A DNA stretch of 60,372 nucleotides from a virus (Duplodnaviria; Caudoviricetes). Made by a program: the position numbers and the translations under genes. The notes under the pieces were generated by a model. The model worked only from the letters and a program-made list of their open reading frames with translations. It ran no database searches and was not told where the DNA came from. The DNA lies in the IMG/VR virus record IMGVR_UViG_3300048086_000023, positions 1 to 60,372 of that record, one strand, 5' to 3'. How positions within the stretch are numbered: the first letter of the stretch is position 1; each line of letters begins with the position of its first letter. This document shows positions 1 through 7,494 of the stretch, piece by piece.

Positions 1-339
1 ATGCGACAGCGCAAATGACGCGGTGAAAACTAAGATGGTGGATGCAATTTTAGCAGCGATTGGAGTCACATAGGCCAGCGAGATAGCGAGCACCGAGGTT
101 CCCAAAACTAACGTTCCGAGACAGACCACAACGTAGCCAACGAAGCCCTTCAGCGACATCGGCTTTTGGAAAGTAAGGGACGAATGCAGGGCATAGGCCA
201 CGACAACAGCGACGGCCCAAGAGCAAAGATTAGCGGTCACCGGAGCTATTCCGATCGACCGAATCAACGCAATGAAAACGACGTAATCAACCGCCGTTAC
301 AGCGGCTGCAACGATGGTATACGGGCAAAGTTTCTTCAT
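1..339 (-). CDS. GtrA-family membrane protein (lipid-linked sugar translocase-like), 3' end beyond window
   Basis: Not in the ORF track. Manual translation from ATG at 339: MKKLCPYTIVAAAVTAVDYVVFIALIRSIGIAPVTANLCSWAVAVVVAYALHSSLTFQKPMSLKGFVGYVVVCLGTLVLGTSVLAISLAYVTPIAAKIASTILVFTASFALSH. Four hydrophobic segments with GtrA-like VD..F, AN..S..A...Y.L....F and AK.A patterns. Confidence 0.7.
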   Translation of the reverse strand, partial: MKKLCPYTIVAAAVTAVDYVVFIALIRSIGIAPVTANLCSWAVAVVVAYALHSSLTFQKPMSLKGFVGYVVVCLGTLVLGTSVLAISLAYVTPIAAKIASTILVFTASFALSH

Positions 340-340
340 C

Positions 341-619
341 TCAAACCAAAAGCTTACGTTTTAGGTACGGGGCATTGGGCTGAGCCCAATGGCCACCAAT
401 CAATTCGAGTCCCGCGTCGCGAAATATCTGAGCCATATCATCGCATGCGGTAGGTTCGCTCGCGGGCTGGCCCGCGCTCGACATCACGATGATAGGCTCT
501 GGCTGGACGTCCAAGGCGACCGGCGCCCGTCTCGCATGCTCACAAAAGACACAAGCGAACACGAATCCGAGAAACGCGCCAAATGCCAATGTAGTCAAAA
601 TAGCGGCGGCGACAAGCAT
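341..619 (-). CDS. Small membrane-anchored hypothetical protein
   Basis: N-terminal hydrophobic helix; stop lies 1 nt before the GtrA-like start. Confidence 0.55.
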   Translation of the reverse strand: MLVAAAILTTLAFGAFLGFVFACVFCEHARRAPVALDVQPEPIIVMSSAGQPASEPTACDDMAQIFRDAGLELIGGHWAQPNAPYLKRKLLV

Positions 620-899
620 CTTGGTCCCCCGATGTCTAAAATTTGACTAAAATTTGCACGCCGGGGTAGCGTTGTAAAGTGCTCAAATACCACAATCTCG
701 TCTTATTTTTCGCTGGATTTTGCGACCGCATCGACCTCGATACAAGGCCCTATCCATGGCCAGAACAGCGGCCATGTCGGAAGCTGGTAATCCCGCACGA
801 GCAAATGGCCCGCGTCGCGCAATTGCCGATGGTGCGCGACATTGTCCGGCCCGATCGCGCCCAGGCGCAACGCAAGGTCACGGCTGCAGCGCAGTTCGA

Positions 900-1157
900 T
901 CATGGAGGCCATCCGGTGTCGCCAACCGAGCAGGACCGTAGCACCAGCATCAGGCCCATCAGCATCGAGCGGTCCGCCCAGGCGCTTGCAGGCAATGCCG
1001 CAATAGTTCGTTCCAGCGTCTGCGCATAGGACAGTGCGTCATCGCCGCGAATGAATATGCCCGGCCAGTCAACGCCGAACTGCATCGGTCCGGTTTCAGC
1101 CCGCCCTTCGGGAAACGGCGGCAATTGAACTAATCCGATAAGTGTCATTTTTCCCAA
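900..1157 (-). CDS. Hypothetical phage protein
   Basis: Part of an overlapping minus-strand chain; contains RAETGPMQFGVDWPGIFIRGDDA. Confidence 0.6.
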   Translation of the reverse strand: MGKMTLIGLVQLPPFPEGRAETGPMQFGVDWPGIFIRGDDALSYAQTLERTIAALPASAWADRSMLMGLMLVLRSCSVGDTGWPP

Positions 1158-1408
1158 TCCTCATGGGTGATCGCCTTCGGCAGTTTTTGGCCCGCAAGGA
1201 ATTCCTCGACGTCGGCCAGCCGTACCGGGATCTCCGAAATAATCCCGATGTGCGCGGCGGTCGGAATCGCGTGGCGGCAAATCGCCAGCGCCTGTTCGCG
1301 CGTGTAGCGGCCCGCATGGGCCAGCGTGCGGGAATAGCCGCAATGGTTCGCGCGCCACCATCTGGCGTGCTCGTTCGACCAGATCAGGTATTCGTCATCC
1401 ATTGCCAT
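1145..1408 (-). CDS. Hypothetical phage protein (YLIWSNEH..WW...GY type)
   Basis: Start reassigned to ATG 1408, which overlaps the upstream gene end; aromatic-rich motif typical of small phage ORFs. Confidence 0.65.
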   Translation of the reverse strand: MAMDDEYLIWSNEHARWWRANHCGYSRTLAHAGRYTREQALAICRHAIPTAAHIGIISEIPVRLADVEEFLAGQKLPKAITHEDWEK

Positions 1409-2075
1409 TGGTTTGCCGTTTCTTGACGTGCACCGAGGCGTAATCGTGCATGAAGGCGAATGCCGGGATATCGATGACTGCAGTTTCATCGAAACAGTCA
1501 TCAAGATACTGCCACGCCGACTCTTCGGCACACGCGCCTTCGCGGATCACGACGAGGCGCTGACCTATTCCCATAGCCTTCAGCATTTGCCGGAACCATG
1601 TTGCGCGTAATGTCGGCCACGAGCAGAACACAGTTGACCGTGGATACCGGCGCACCATCGTCTTTCCCGATGCCTTAACCTGCTCATCGTCATGCGCGCC
1701 CGTCTCGAAACCATGATCACCATGGCAAGGGTCGCTACCGGTGACACGAATGCCGCGATGGCGCATTAGCCGCGTCATATAGCCAGAACCGGCGCCAACC
1801 TCGATTACGTGCGCGGCCCTCGCCAGTTCGTCCAGCAATTCGGCGCAGGGAATCGCGAAACCGAACTTTTCGATCCATTCATCGCGCAACTGGAATCGCT
1901 CCACGCCAAGGTTGAGGCTGAAATCTCCCCGGTTCCAGCGCCGCCGATACATCTCAAAGTTTGGTCCCCATTCCTTGAGAATTTTGTCATGGGTCCACAC
2001 CGACTCGCCGGCAAGCCAGCGCTCCATAGTTCCGATCACCGGGGAACCGGTCTTAGTTGAGGGTGCGGCGGACAT
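1395..2075 (-). CDS. Class I SAM-dependent methyltransferase-like protein
   Basis: Motif I VIEVGAGSGY followed by VTGSD and FCSWP. Confidence 0.7.
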   Translation of the reverse strand: MSAAPSTKTGSPVIGTMERWLAGESVWTHDKILKEWGPNFEMYRRRWNRGDFSLNLGVERFQLRDEWIEKFGFAIPCAELLDELARAAHVIEVGAGSGYMTRLMRHRGIRVTGSDPCHGDHGFETGAHDDEQVKASGKTMVRRYPRSTVFCSWPTLRATWFRQMLKAMGIGQRLVVIREGACAEESAWQYLDDCFDETAVIDIPAFAFMHDYASVHVKKRQTNGNG

Positions 2076-2367
2076 CGGACGGACTCGGCGGCGGATTGTT
2101 GCGATCGAAATGGAGGATGACGCGATCTTGAATCAGCGCCTTATTTAGTTCGCTCATTTCGTTGTAGTTGGCGACAACCTGATCAAACGCCCGCTTGAGC
2201 CTGTCGATCATGATGCCGTAGACCATCCCACCGACATTGATTCCGGCACCGAAGGCATTCGCCAGCGCAACCCATCGATTCTCGACGAATACCGCCAACC
2301 CGATGCAGATCGCAGCGATGCAGACCGAGCCGATTTGTCGCCACTGCTCTTCGGTCGGCTTTTTCAC
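2053..2367 (-). CDS. Membrane protein with two N-terminal TM segments
   Basis: Two hydrophobic stretches; 4-nt overlap with the upstream ORF. Confidence 0.6.
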   Translation of the reverse strand: MKKPTEEQWRQIGSVCIAAICIGLAVFVENRWVALANAFGAGINVGGMVYGIMIDRLKRAFDQVVANYNEMSELNKALIQDRVILHFDRNNPPPSPSDVRRTLN

Positions 2368-2570
2368 AGCCAGGTCTCCACAATCTTGGCATCATCGCTG
2401 GGATGCCGGGTAATGCAGCATAGGCCAGCGCGGCGGAACGCCTCGCGCAATTGTTCGAGAGAATTCGCAATCAAGACATTGTCGGTCGGTTTGTCCAGCA
2501 GGAACTCACGCGCCACAAAGTTGTCCGGGTAGTCGGTCGGATGATCGTAGATGGTCCAGAGCGAAAGCAT
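2364..2570 (-). CDS. Small hypothetical phage protein
   Basis: WTIYDHPTDYP..FVAR...DD.KIVETWL; coupled to the next gene. Confidence 0.7.
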   Translation of the reverse strand: MLSLWTIYDHPTDYPDNFVAREFLLDKPTDNVLIANSLEQLREAFRRAGLCCITRHPSDDAKIVETWL

Positions 2571-2586
2571 TCATTCCCCGAATTGG

Positions 2587-2620
2587 TGCCGGGGACACCA
2601 TAGCCTATGATGCCCCCGGC
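2587..2620 (-). terminator. GC-rich hairpin closing the ncRNA (terminator or processing stem)
   Basis: Minus strand GCCGGGGGCAUCAUAG pairs with CUAUGGUGUCCCCGGC (includes G-U pairs). No clear U-tract follows. Confidence 0.5.
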
Positions 2621-2676
2621 GTTACACCGCGACTTCACCCAACCATCGGCGTTTAATGCATCAGGGTCAGATTAAT

Positions 2677-2754
2677 AACGACCGCTCTTCCACTAAGCTA
2701 CGGGACCATAAAGGTTTGGCGGTCCCGGTCAGGTTCGAACTAACGTCTGTCGTT
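2677..2754 (-). ncRNA. Permuted tRNA-like module 2 (short variable loop)
   Basis: Minus strand: AACGAC-AGAC-GTTAG TTCGAAC CTGAC-CGGGACC GCCA-aacctttat-GGTCCCG-TA-GCTT AGTGGAA GAGC-G-GTCGTT. Perfect 7-bp acceptor, 5-bp T stem, D stem, and AACGAC/GTCGTT stem. Confidence 0.9.
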
Positions 2755-2828
2755 TTGATCTCGATGCACATCGATATGGCCAGCGCGGCAATACTCAGAT
2801 TGCTGTGAAGAGCCTGAGATTCATTTTT

Positions 2829-2920
2829 GGCGGAGATCCCCGTCTACCGTTCCGGCATCCCCACCCAATGGTGCGGGGAGAAGGATTCGAACCTTCACGC
2901 TTTCGCAGACCACAACCACC
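2829..2920 (-). ncRNA. Permuted tRNA-like module 1 (Leu-like, with variable arm)
   Basis: Minus strand: GGTGG..GGTC-T-GC GAAA GC-GT-GAAGG TTCGAAT CCTTC-TCCCCGC ACCA-ttgg-GTGGGGA-TG-CCG GAACGGTAGA CGG-G-GATC-T-CCGCC. D loop, variable arm and A discriminator resemble tRNA-Leu. Confidence 0.88.
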
Positions 2921-2950
2921 TCAGATTCACGACAAGGCTGAGCTTGTTCT

Positions 2951-3688
2951 TTAACCCCCCAGCAGATAGCCGAACACGGCGGCGCCAATGTCGGGCGTCT
3001 CGACCTCGTCCTGCATGTTCGCAGCCTCGCGCGCGACCTTCACCGCCTTAAGAAGCTTTTCCACCCGGCCCAGCAGCGCTTGCTTGTCCGGCTTCGGGAT
3101 CGCGCCGCTTTGTTTCACCGTGTTCCAGAACCCGACGATGATGTCCTCGACGATCAGTTGCGTCTGTGCAGGGTGCTTGTCGGTCGCGTCATAGAGCACA
3201 ATCGGCTTCTGCAGCTTCTTGGTGCGGTGCGTCGAACTGGCATCGGTCTTGTACAGTCCGGAATTCTGATCCAGCGCCCAGGCTTCCGCCTCGTCCAGCA
3301 TCGGCAATGCCACCACGAACGTGCGCAGGTCGGTCAGTTGCTTTTCGAGGAAGAGCAGGAACGGAACCGGCGCATCCTTGATCAGCACCGCGCCATCGAC
3401 CTCGACCGATCCCTTGGCCTCGCAGTTGGTCCAGTCTTTGCGCGCGGTCACCGCAACCAGCTCGGTCGATAGCCGCGAGACCGCGTTCAAGATATCCTTG
3501 ACAACGTATTGAACCCGCTGCCGTTCCGGCGGCAGATCTTCGCCGTCATCGTCCTTCTTGAGGTAGGTTTTGGCGAAGCCATTGAAGAGCGCCGGCTTCT
3601 GCACCGCCTTGTAAATCTCGGTGATCTCGCCATAGACGCGCGACTTGACGCCCTTCTCGATGGCGATGATCTGATTCAGTTTTCCCAT
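2951..3688 (-). CDS. Uncharacterised 245-aa protein (KLNQIIAIEKG N-terminus), candidate partner of the downstream ncRNA
   Basis: GAGGA SD before ATG 3688; long clean ORF; stop codon abuts the structured RNA. Confidence 0.85.
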   Translation of the reverse strand: MGKLNQIIAIEKGVKSRVYGEITEIYKAVQKPALFNGFAKTYLKKDDDGEDLPPERQRVQYVVKDILNAVSRLSTELVAVTARKDWTNCEAKGSVEVDGAVLIKDAPVPFLLFLEKQLTDLRTFVVALPMLDEAEAWALDQNSGLYKTDASSTHRTKKLQKPIVLYDATDKHPAQTQLIVEDIIVGFWNTVKQSGAIPKPDKQALLGRVEKLLKAVKVAREAANMQDEVETPDIGAAVFGYLLGG

Positions 3689-3695
3689 TTGTTCC

Positions 3696-3980
3696 TCAAT
3701 TCGCATTTTTCTTGCGGAAGTAGACGCGAAGATCTTCTGCCGTCTCCGGCGTGATCACCACCTGCAGGTCGCCCTTGGCCGCTTCTTTGTTCATGTCCGG
3801 GATCATGCACGGCATACAGACCGTTCGCAGTCCCTTCGGGATATGCGGGCGGTGCTGTATCAGCTCGCCGCACTTGCAGCACACCGAAATGATGTTGTCA
3901 GACAGGATCAGCGGGTCAGATAGCAGCGAACAGACGATAAATTCCGCTTCTTCGCCGTCGCCGATTTCGATTTCATTCAT
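3696..3980 (-). CDS. Small Cys-rich (CxxC...CxxC) protein
   Basis: GAGGA SD before ATG 3980; CCKC and CMPC motifs. Confidence 0.65.
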   Translation of the reverse strand: MNEIEIGDGEEAEFIVCSLLSDPLILSDNIISVCCKCGELIQHRPHIPKGLRTVCMPCMIPDMNKEAAKGDLQVVITPETAEDLRVYFRKKNAN

Positions 3981-3998
3981 GATTCTGTCCTCTTTTGT

Positions 3999-4155
3999 CC
4001 AGGGGCGGGTCGTTACCGAGGGTCGCGATCTCAACCCGCCCCTGGCCACTTCAGCGGGCAAGGCGCCTCTCCGACAAGGCACACCGCTGAAACTTGTCCC
4101 CGGACCATGGCTCTCCCCAGTTTTCCGCATGGCAAGCGAAAACCATGGTCCGGGG
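3999..4155 (-). promoter_or_regulatory. Three consecutive stem-loops in the intergenic leader
   Basis: Inverted repeats 3999-4010/4034-4045 (12 bp), 4050-4057/4084-4091 (8 bp) and 4098-4110/4143-4155 (13 bp). Confidence 0.6.
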
Positions 4156-4157
4156 TC

Positions 4158-4619
4158 TCACTCCGAGCCGGAACGTCTCCCGTTCGTGGGTCGCTTCGTC
4201 TCGACCGGAGTAAGCGACGAACTTTCCGCCATTGCTTCCATCAGGGTCACGACCAGGTGCCGCAGGGCAACGTCGGGAATCCTGCCGTAAGCTCGCAACA
4301 GCCGAACGCTGAACGTCGTATCATGATTGAGCAGGCTCGCAATGACGCGACCGTTGCGGGTTCCGTCATCGTCGTAGAAAAACGACAGCGGCACCTCCAG
4401 TGTTTCTGCGATCAGATGCAGCCGCGAGGAGGATACGTGGTTGACGGCCTTCTCGTATTTCTGGATCTGCTGGAACGTGACACCCAGCGCTTGACCGAGG
4501 TCTGTCTGGGACATCCCCAATTCGACGCGGCGCACCCGAATCCGATTTGCAATCACGACGTCAAGCTCCGTCATGGATCTCGGTTGGAAGTCTGTAGGAT
4601 CTCGCTTCTTGCCCGACAT
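4158..4619 (-). CDS. XRE-family HTH transcriptional regulator
   Basis: RIRVRRVELGMSQTDLGQALGVTFQQIQKYEK, typical alphaproteobacterial HTH_3. Confidence 0.9.
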   Translation of the reverse strand: MSGKKRDPTDFQPRSMTELDVVIANRIRVRRVELGMSQTDLGQALGVTFQQIQKYEKAVNHVSSSRLHLIAETLEVPLSFFYDDDGTRNGRVIASLLNHDTTFSVRLLRAYGRIPDVALRHLVVTLMEAMAESSSLTPVETKRPTNGRRSGSE

Positions 4620-4622
4620 CGG

Positions 4623-4988
4623 CTATTTCGCCCGCTTCTTGGCCAGCGCTTCCCAATGCGCTTTGCGCTGTTGCCTTGCTTTAGGAATCTCCTTTTCGTA
4701 ATCCGGCGCCTCATCGCGCACGAGGTCGTATTTGTAGCCTAAGGCACCGGCCATTTTGGCAAAGGTGGCATGCTGCGGTCGGCGCGTCTTGCCGCCAAAC
4801 ATGTTTCCGACCGTCGAGGAGGCGAGTCCGGCGAGCACCGCAAGGTCGGTCTCCTTGATGTGCTCCCGTTGCCAAAGCGTGCGGAATCGATCGATCTCCG
4901 GATCTTTGTCGATGAAATTGTAACTACGGCGCAGCCACAGACTCCCCGAATTGTGCCCCCGTCCTTGGCCGTTTGCCTTTTTAGCCAT
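4623..4988 (-). CDS. XRE-like HTH protein
   Basis: ETDLAVLAGLASSTVGNMFGGKTRRPQHATFAKMAGALG. Confidence 0.75.
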   Translation of the reverse strand: MAKKANGQGRGHNSGSLWLRRSYNFIDKDPEIDRFRTLWQREHIKETDLAVLAGLASSTVGNMFGGKTRRPQHATFAKMAGALGYKYDLVRDEAPDYEKEIPKARQQRKAHWEALAKKRAK

Positions 4989-5778
4989 TGGCGATCTCCT
5001 CCACTGCGGTTGGCGCTGGCGACACGTCAACGCCGTTTACCTGTTGCCGATTCTCGCGCTTCACGGTGATCGAGCCCTTGACGTTCTGCGCCTTGGCAAG
5101 AACTTTCCAATGCCCGCCGCCGAGCGATTTGCAGTATCCCAGTTGCGCAAGTTGGGTCATCAGCGATCCGGCCGACTTAATCGGACGCCCATCTTTGACG
5201 AAATAGTCGTTGACCACCGAGATATTGAGATCTGTTTTGCCCTTGAGGAGACCGAGCAGGAAATCCTTGTTGCTGACAGCGTAGAACCTATGAGGAACCT
5301 TCATCCGCGTGCGCTTGAACTTTGGCGACGCCAATTTCACCTTGGTCGACTTCGGCGCCACATTGACCTTCGCCGAGGGCTTCGCCGCTTTCTTCGGCGC
5401 CGGGAGCGCCTTCATGTTGTAAAGCTGATAGCTGCCAGGGCCGAGCTTCCGAAGAAATTTCAACCCGAGCAGATCACGCACTCCGGTATAGGCGGCGCCG
5501 GGACTGCGGCCATTAGCCTCGAAAAACTTGACCAGCGAATTGACCTGAAAGGTCGGATTGTCCTTGATGAATTCCTTGGCGTATTCGTGGCCCGGCACGT
5601 CATGGACTCTGCGTTCCTTGCGCTCTTTGAATTTGGCAACGTCGGTAATCAATTCGTAACCGACATTTTCCAGTCCGAGCTTGGTCAATTGCGCGAGCAC
5701 ATGCCCGAATTGCTCCAGCGTGGTTTCGCCGTGGATGCGATATCGATCGCGGGTCTCAACTTGCTTCACCATTCCCAT
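4981..5778 (-). CDS. Basic hypothetical protein, possibly two winged-helix-like repeats
   Basis: GGGAGG SD. Two similar segments (FFEANGRSPGAA...LGPGSY and YFVKDGRPIKSA...LGGGHW) joined by a Lys/Pro/Ala linker. Confidence 0.65.
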   Translation of the reverse strand: MGMVKQVETRDRYRIHGETTLEQFGHVLAQLTKLGLENVGYELITDVAKFKERKERRVHDVPGHEYAKEFIKDNPTFQVNSLVKFFEANGRSPGAAYTGVRDLLGLKFLRKLGPGSYQLYNMKALPAPKKAAKPSAKVNVAPKSTKVKLASPKFKRTRMKVPHRFYAVSNKDFLLGLLKGKTDLNISVVNDYFVKDGRPIKSAGSLMTQLAQLGYCKSLGGGHWKVLAKAQNVKGSITVKRENRQQVNGVDVSPAPTAVEEIANG

Positions 5779-6034
5779 CCTCCCGTTTGATCGCGGCAAC
5801 CTGCCGCAAGGTGACCTCGGTACCATCAATAATAGATCGATAGATGCCGAGCGCGCGATCGTAGCGCATGATCGGCATGGCACCGAGGTGCCCACCTAGC
5901 ATGCCATCAAAAAAAATTAATACCGAGACCGAATCTTTGGAAGTCATCGCGACCTCACCGAGAATCGTTTTTGTCCCGTTGCAGATCAGCACCTTATCGC
6001 CATTCTTAAATGCGATTTCGCCCATTCCACCCAA
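5756..6034 (-). CDS. Hypothetical protein
   Basis: First ORF of the leftward operon; overlaps the next gene. Confidence 0.6.
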   Translation of the reverse strand: MGGMGEIAFKNGDKVLICNGTKTILGEVAMTSKDSVSVLIFFDGMLGGHLGAMPIMRYDRALGIYRSIIDGTEVTLRQVAAIKREDGNGEAS

Positions 6035-6198
6035 CCGTGTGCGAAAACTGACATGCTCTTTTCACGGGCTTCAATAAAGTCTAAATAAAGACAATCGATA
6101 TTGCAAGCTCCGCGCTAATAATTATCGAATAACACCTTAAGGGGGTTCACCCACAAGGCCCCTCATCCCCTCATTTTTGAGTGAAAGGCTGCGCGATT

Positions 6199-6846
6199 AT
6201 GGCTGCGTTCGATTCCAAAGCGTTTTTGGAGCAAGCCGGTGAAGGTAGAACAGTACTTCTTTACAAGAAAGGTGCCAATATATTCAAACAAGGTGAGCCG
6301 GCGGGACATGTTTATTACCTGCAGCGCGGCAGTGCGGCAGAGACCATCACCTCAGAAACCGGCGATCAGGCCATTGTTGGAATGATTGAGGCCGGCACCT
6401 TTTTCGGGAATGGCGCCACCGATGGAATCCCTCGGAGCACCACCGTCACCCCCATGGAGCCGTGCGTGGTCACGGAAATCACCCGCGACGCCATGGTCAA
6501 GGCACTCAATAAGGAGGAATTCAGGCAACTCTTCCTTACCTATCTCAGCAGCCGATTGAGCGATAGCGAAGCTGAAAGAGCACATTTCATGCTGCATCCG
6601 ATCGAAAAGCGGCTGGCCAAGAAGCTTCTGGATCTGTCCCATGTCATTGAAGGCGGACCGAGCCGACGAATTGATTCGGCGATCACGCAAGAACATCTGG
6701 CGAAAATGATCGGCACGAGCCGAACCCAGGTGAATCGGCACCTCAACAAATTTCGCAGAGGGGGAATGATTCACTACCTGCACGGCACCCAAATCATCGT
6801 AGCGCCAACGCTGCTGCGGCTCATTCACGGGGAGAAAGACCAATGA
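6199..6846 (+). CDS. Crp/Fnr-family transcriptional regulator
   Basis: cNMP-binding-like IFKQGEPAGHVYYLQRG..G.FFG and C-terminal HTH ITQEHLAKMIGTSRTQVNRHLNKFRR. Confidence 0.92.
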   Translation: MAAFDSKAFLEQAGEGRTVLLYKKGANIFKQGEPAGHVYYLQRGSAAETITSETGDQAIVGMIEAGTFFGNGATDGIPRSTTVTPMEPCVVTEITRDAMVKALNKEEFRQLFLTYLSSRLSDSEAERAHFMLHPIEKRLAKKLLDLSHVIEGGPSRRIDSAITQEHLAKMIGTSRTQVNRHLNKFRRGGMIHYLHGTQIIVAPTLLRLIHGEKDQ

Positions 6847-7106
6847 CCGATCTTGGAGAAATGCCCACGACAGAAGAGGTCCGGGAGCTGTCCATAGAGG
6901 TGGGGAATCTCTTGCGCGGCAAGGATGCGACGCTCGTCGGCGCGACGCTGATCGAGGTGGTGTCGCTATTCTTCGCCGGGCATCACCCGGAAATTCGAGA
7001 GGGCGTGATCGAATTCTGGATTGAGAACATGCGGTCCATGGTCCAAGTCAACGCCGACCTCTATCACGAGGCTGGCGATTGGGACATTGACGGGACGGTC
7101 AACTGA
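6843..7106 (+). CDS. Hypothetical protein
   Basis: ATGA overlap with the Crp/Fnr gene. Confidence 0.65.
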   Translation: MTDLGEMPTTEEVRELSIEVGNLLRGKDATLVGATLIEVVSLFFAGHHPEIREGVIEFWIENMRSMVQVNADLYHEAGDWDIDGTVN

Positions 7107-7273
7107 ACGACCGAGGCCTTCCACCCCTTCTTCTTCATCATGGCGATGAAGCGGCGACCCTGTTCGTCGGTCATGCCAAGCATATTTTTTAAGATCGGTG
7201 CAGTGCGCCGCACAATGCCATCGGTCTCGAAACCGGCGACGAAATGCGGCGCGACGACGCGAATCAGTCTCAT
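7064..7273 (-). CDS. Small hypothetical phage protein
   Basis: Start reassigned to ATG 7273 (ATGA coupling); APHFVAG....G.V...APIL..M.G motif. Confidence 0.65.
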   Translation of the reverse strand: MRLIRVVAPHFVAGFETDGIVRRTAPILKNMLGMTDEQGRRFIAMMKKKGWKASVVQLTVPSMSQSPAS

Positions 7274-7494
7274 TCCGGTCGACTCCCATTTGCAGCCTCC
7301 AGGCGCTCCAGCGGGATCTGCAGCACCGTCGACAATGCCCGCAGATTTTTCGGCATGACATAGGGCGCCTGCTCCCATTGATAGACCCGGCTGCGGGACA
7401 CATTGCAGGCCTCCGCAACCTCATCCGCAGACATATTCAGCAACACCCGCTTGCTCTTGATCAGTTCGCCAATATGTTTCTTAGAGGTTCCCAT
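7270..7494 (-). CDS. XRE HTH regulator, paralog A
   Basis: MSADEVAEACNVSRSRVYQWE. Confidence 0.85.
   Translation of the reverse strand: MGTSKKHIGELIKSKRVLLNMSADEVAEACNVSRSRVYQWEQAPYVMPKNLRALSTVLQIPLERLEAANGSRPE

Larger units (their letters stand above)
2585..2950 (-). ncRNA. Structured ncRNA with two circularly permuted tRNA-like modules (YrlA/Y-RNA-like topology)
   Basis: ORF-free interval. Two modules each ordered T-arm, acceptor 3' strand with NCCA, short linker, acceptor 5' strand, D-arm, with the anticodon stem extended instead of looped. Confidence 0.85.

Noticed and set aside
679-1029. Plus-strand ORFs near 0.7-1.0 kb and the 703-912 minus ORF
   Set aside because: No motifs, and conflicting frames; could not decide which, if any, is real.
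2677-2920. Ordinary tRNA genes or att-derived tRNA fragments
   Set aside because: The halves are in swapped order and there is no anticodon loop. Each 5' half pairs with the 3' half upstream of it, not with the other module. The integrase and arm repeats are over 6 kb away.
2585-2950. Two-piece (permuted) alphaproteobacterial tmRNA
   Set aside because: Neither acceptor has the G3-U70 alanine determinant, both have full D stems, there are two modules, and no tag reading frame was found.
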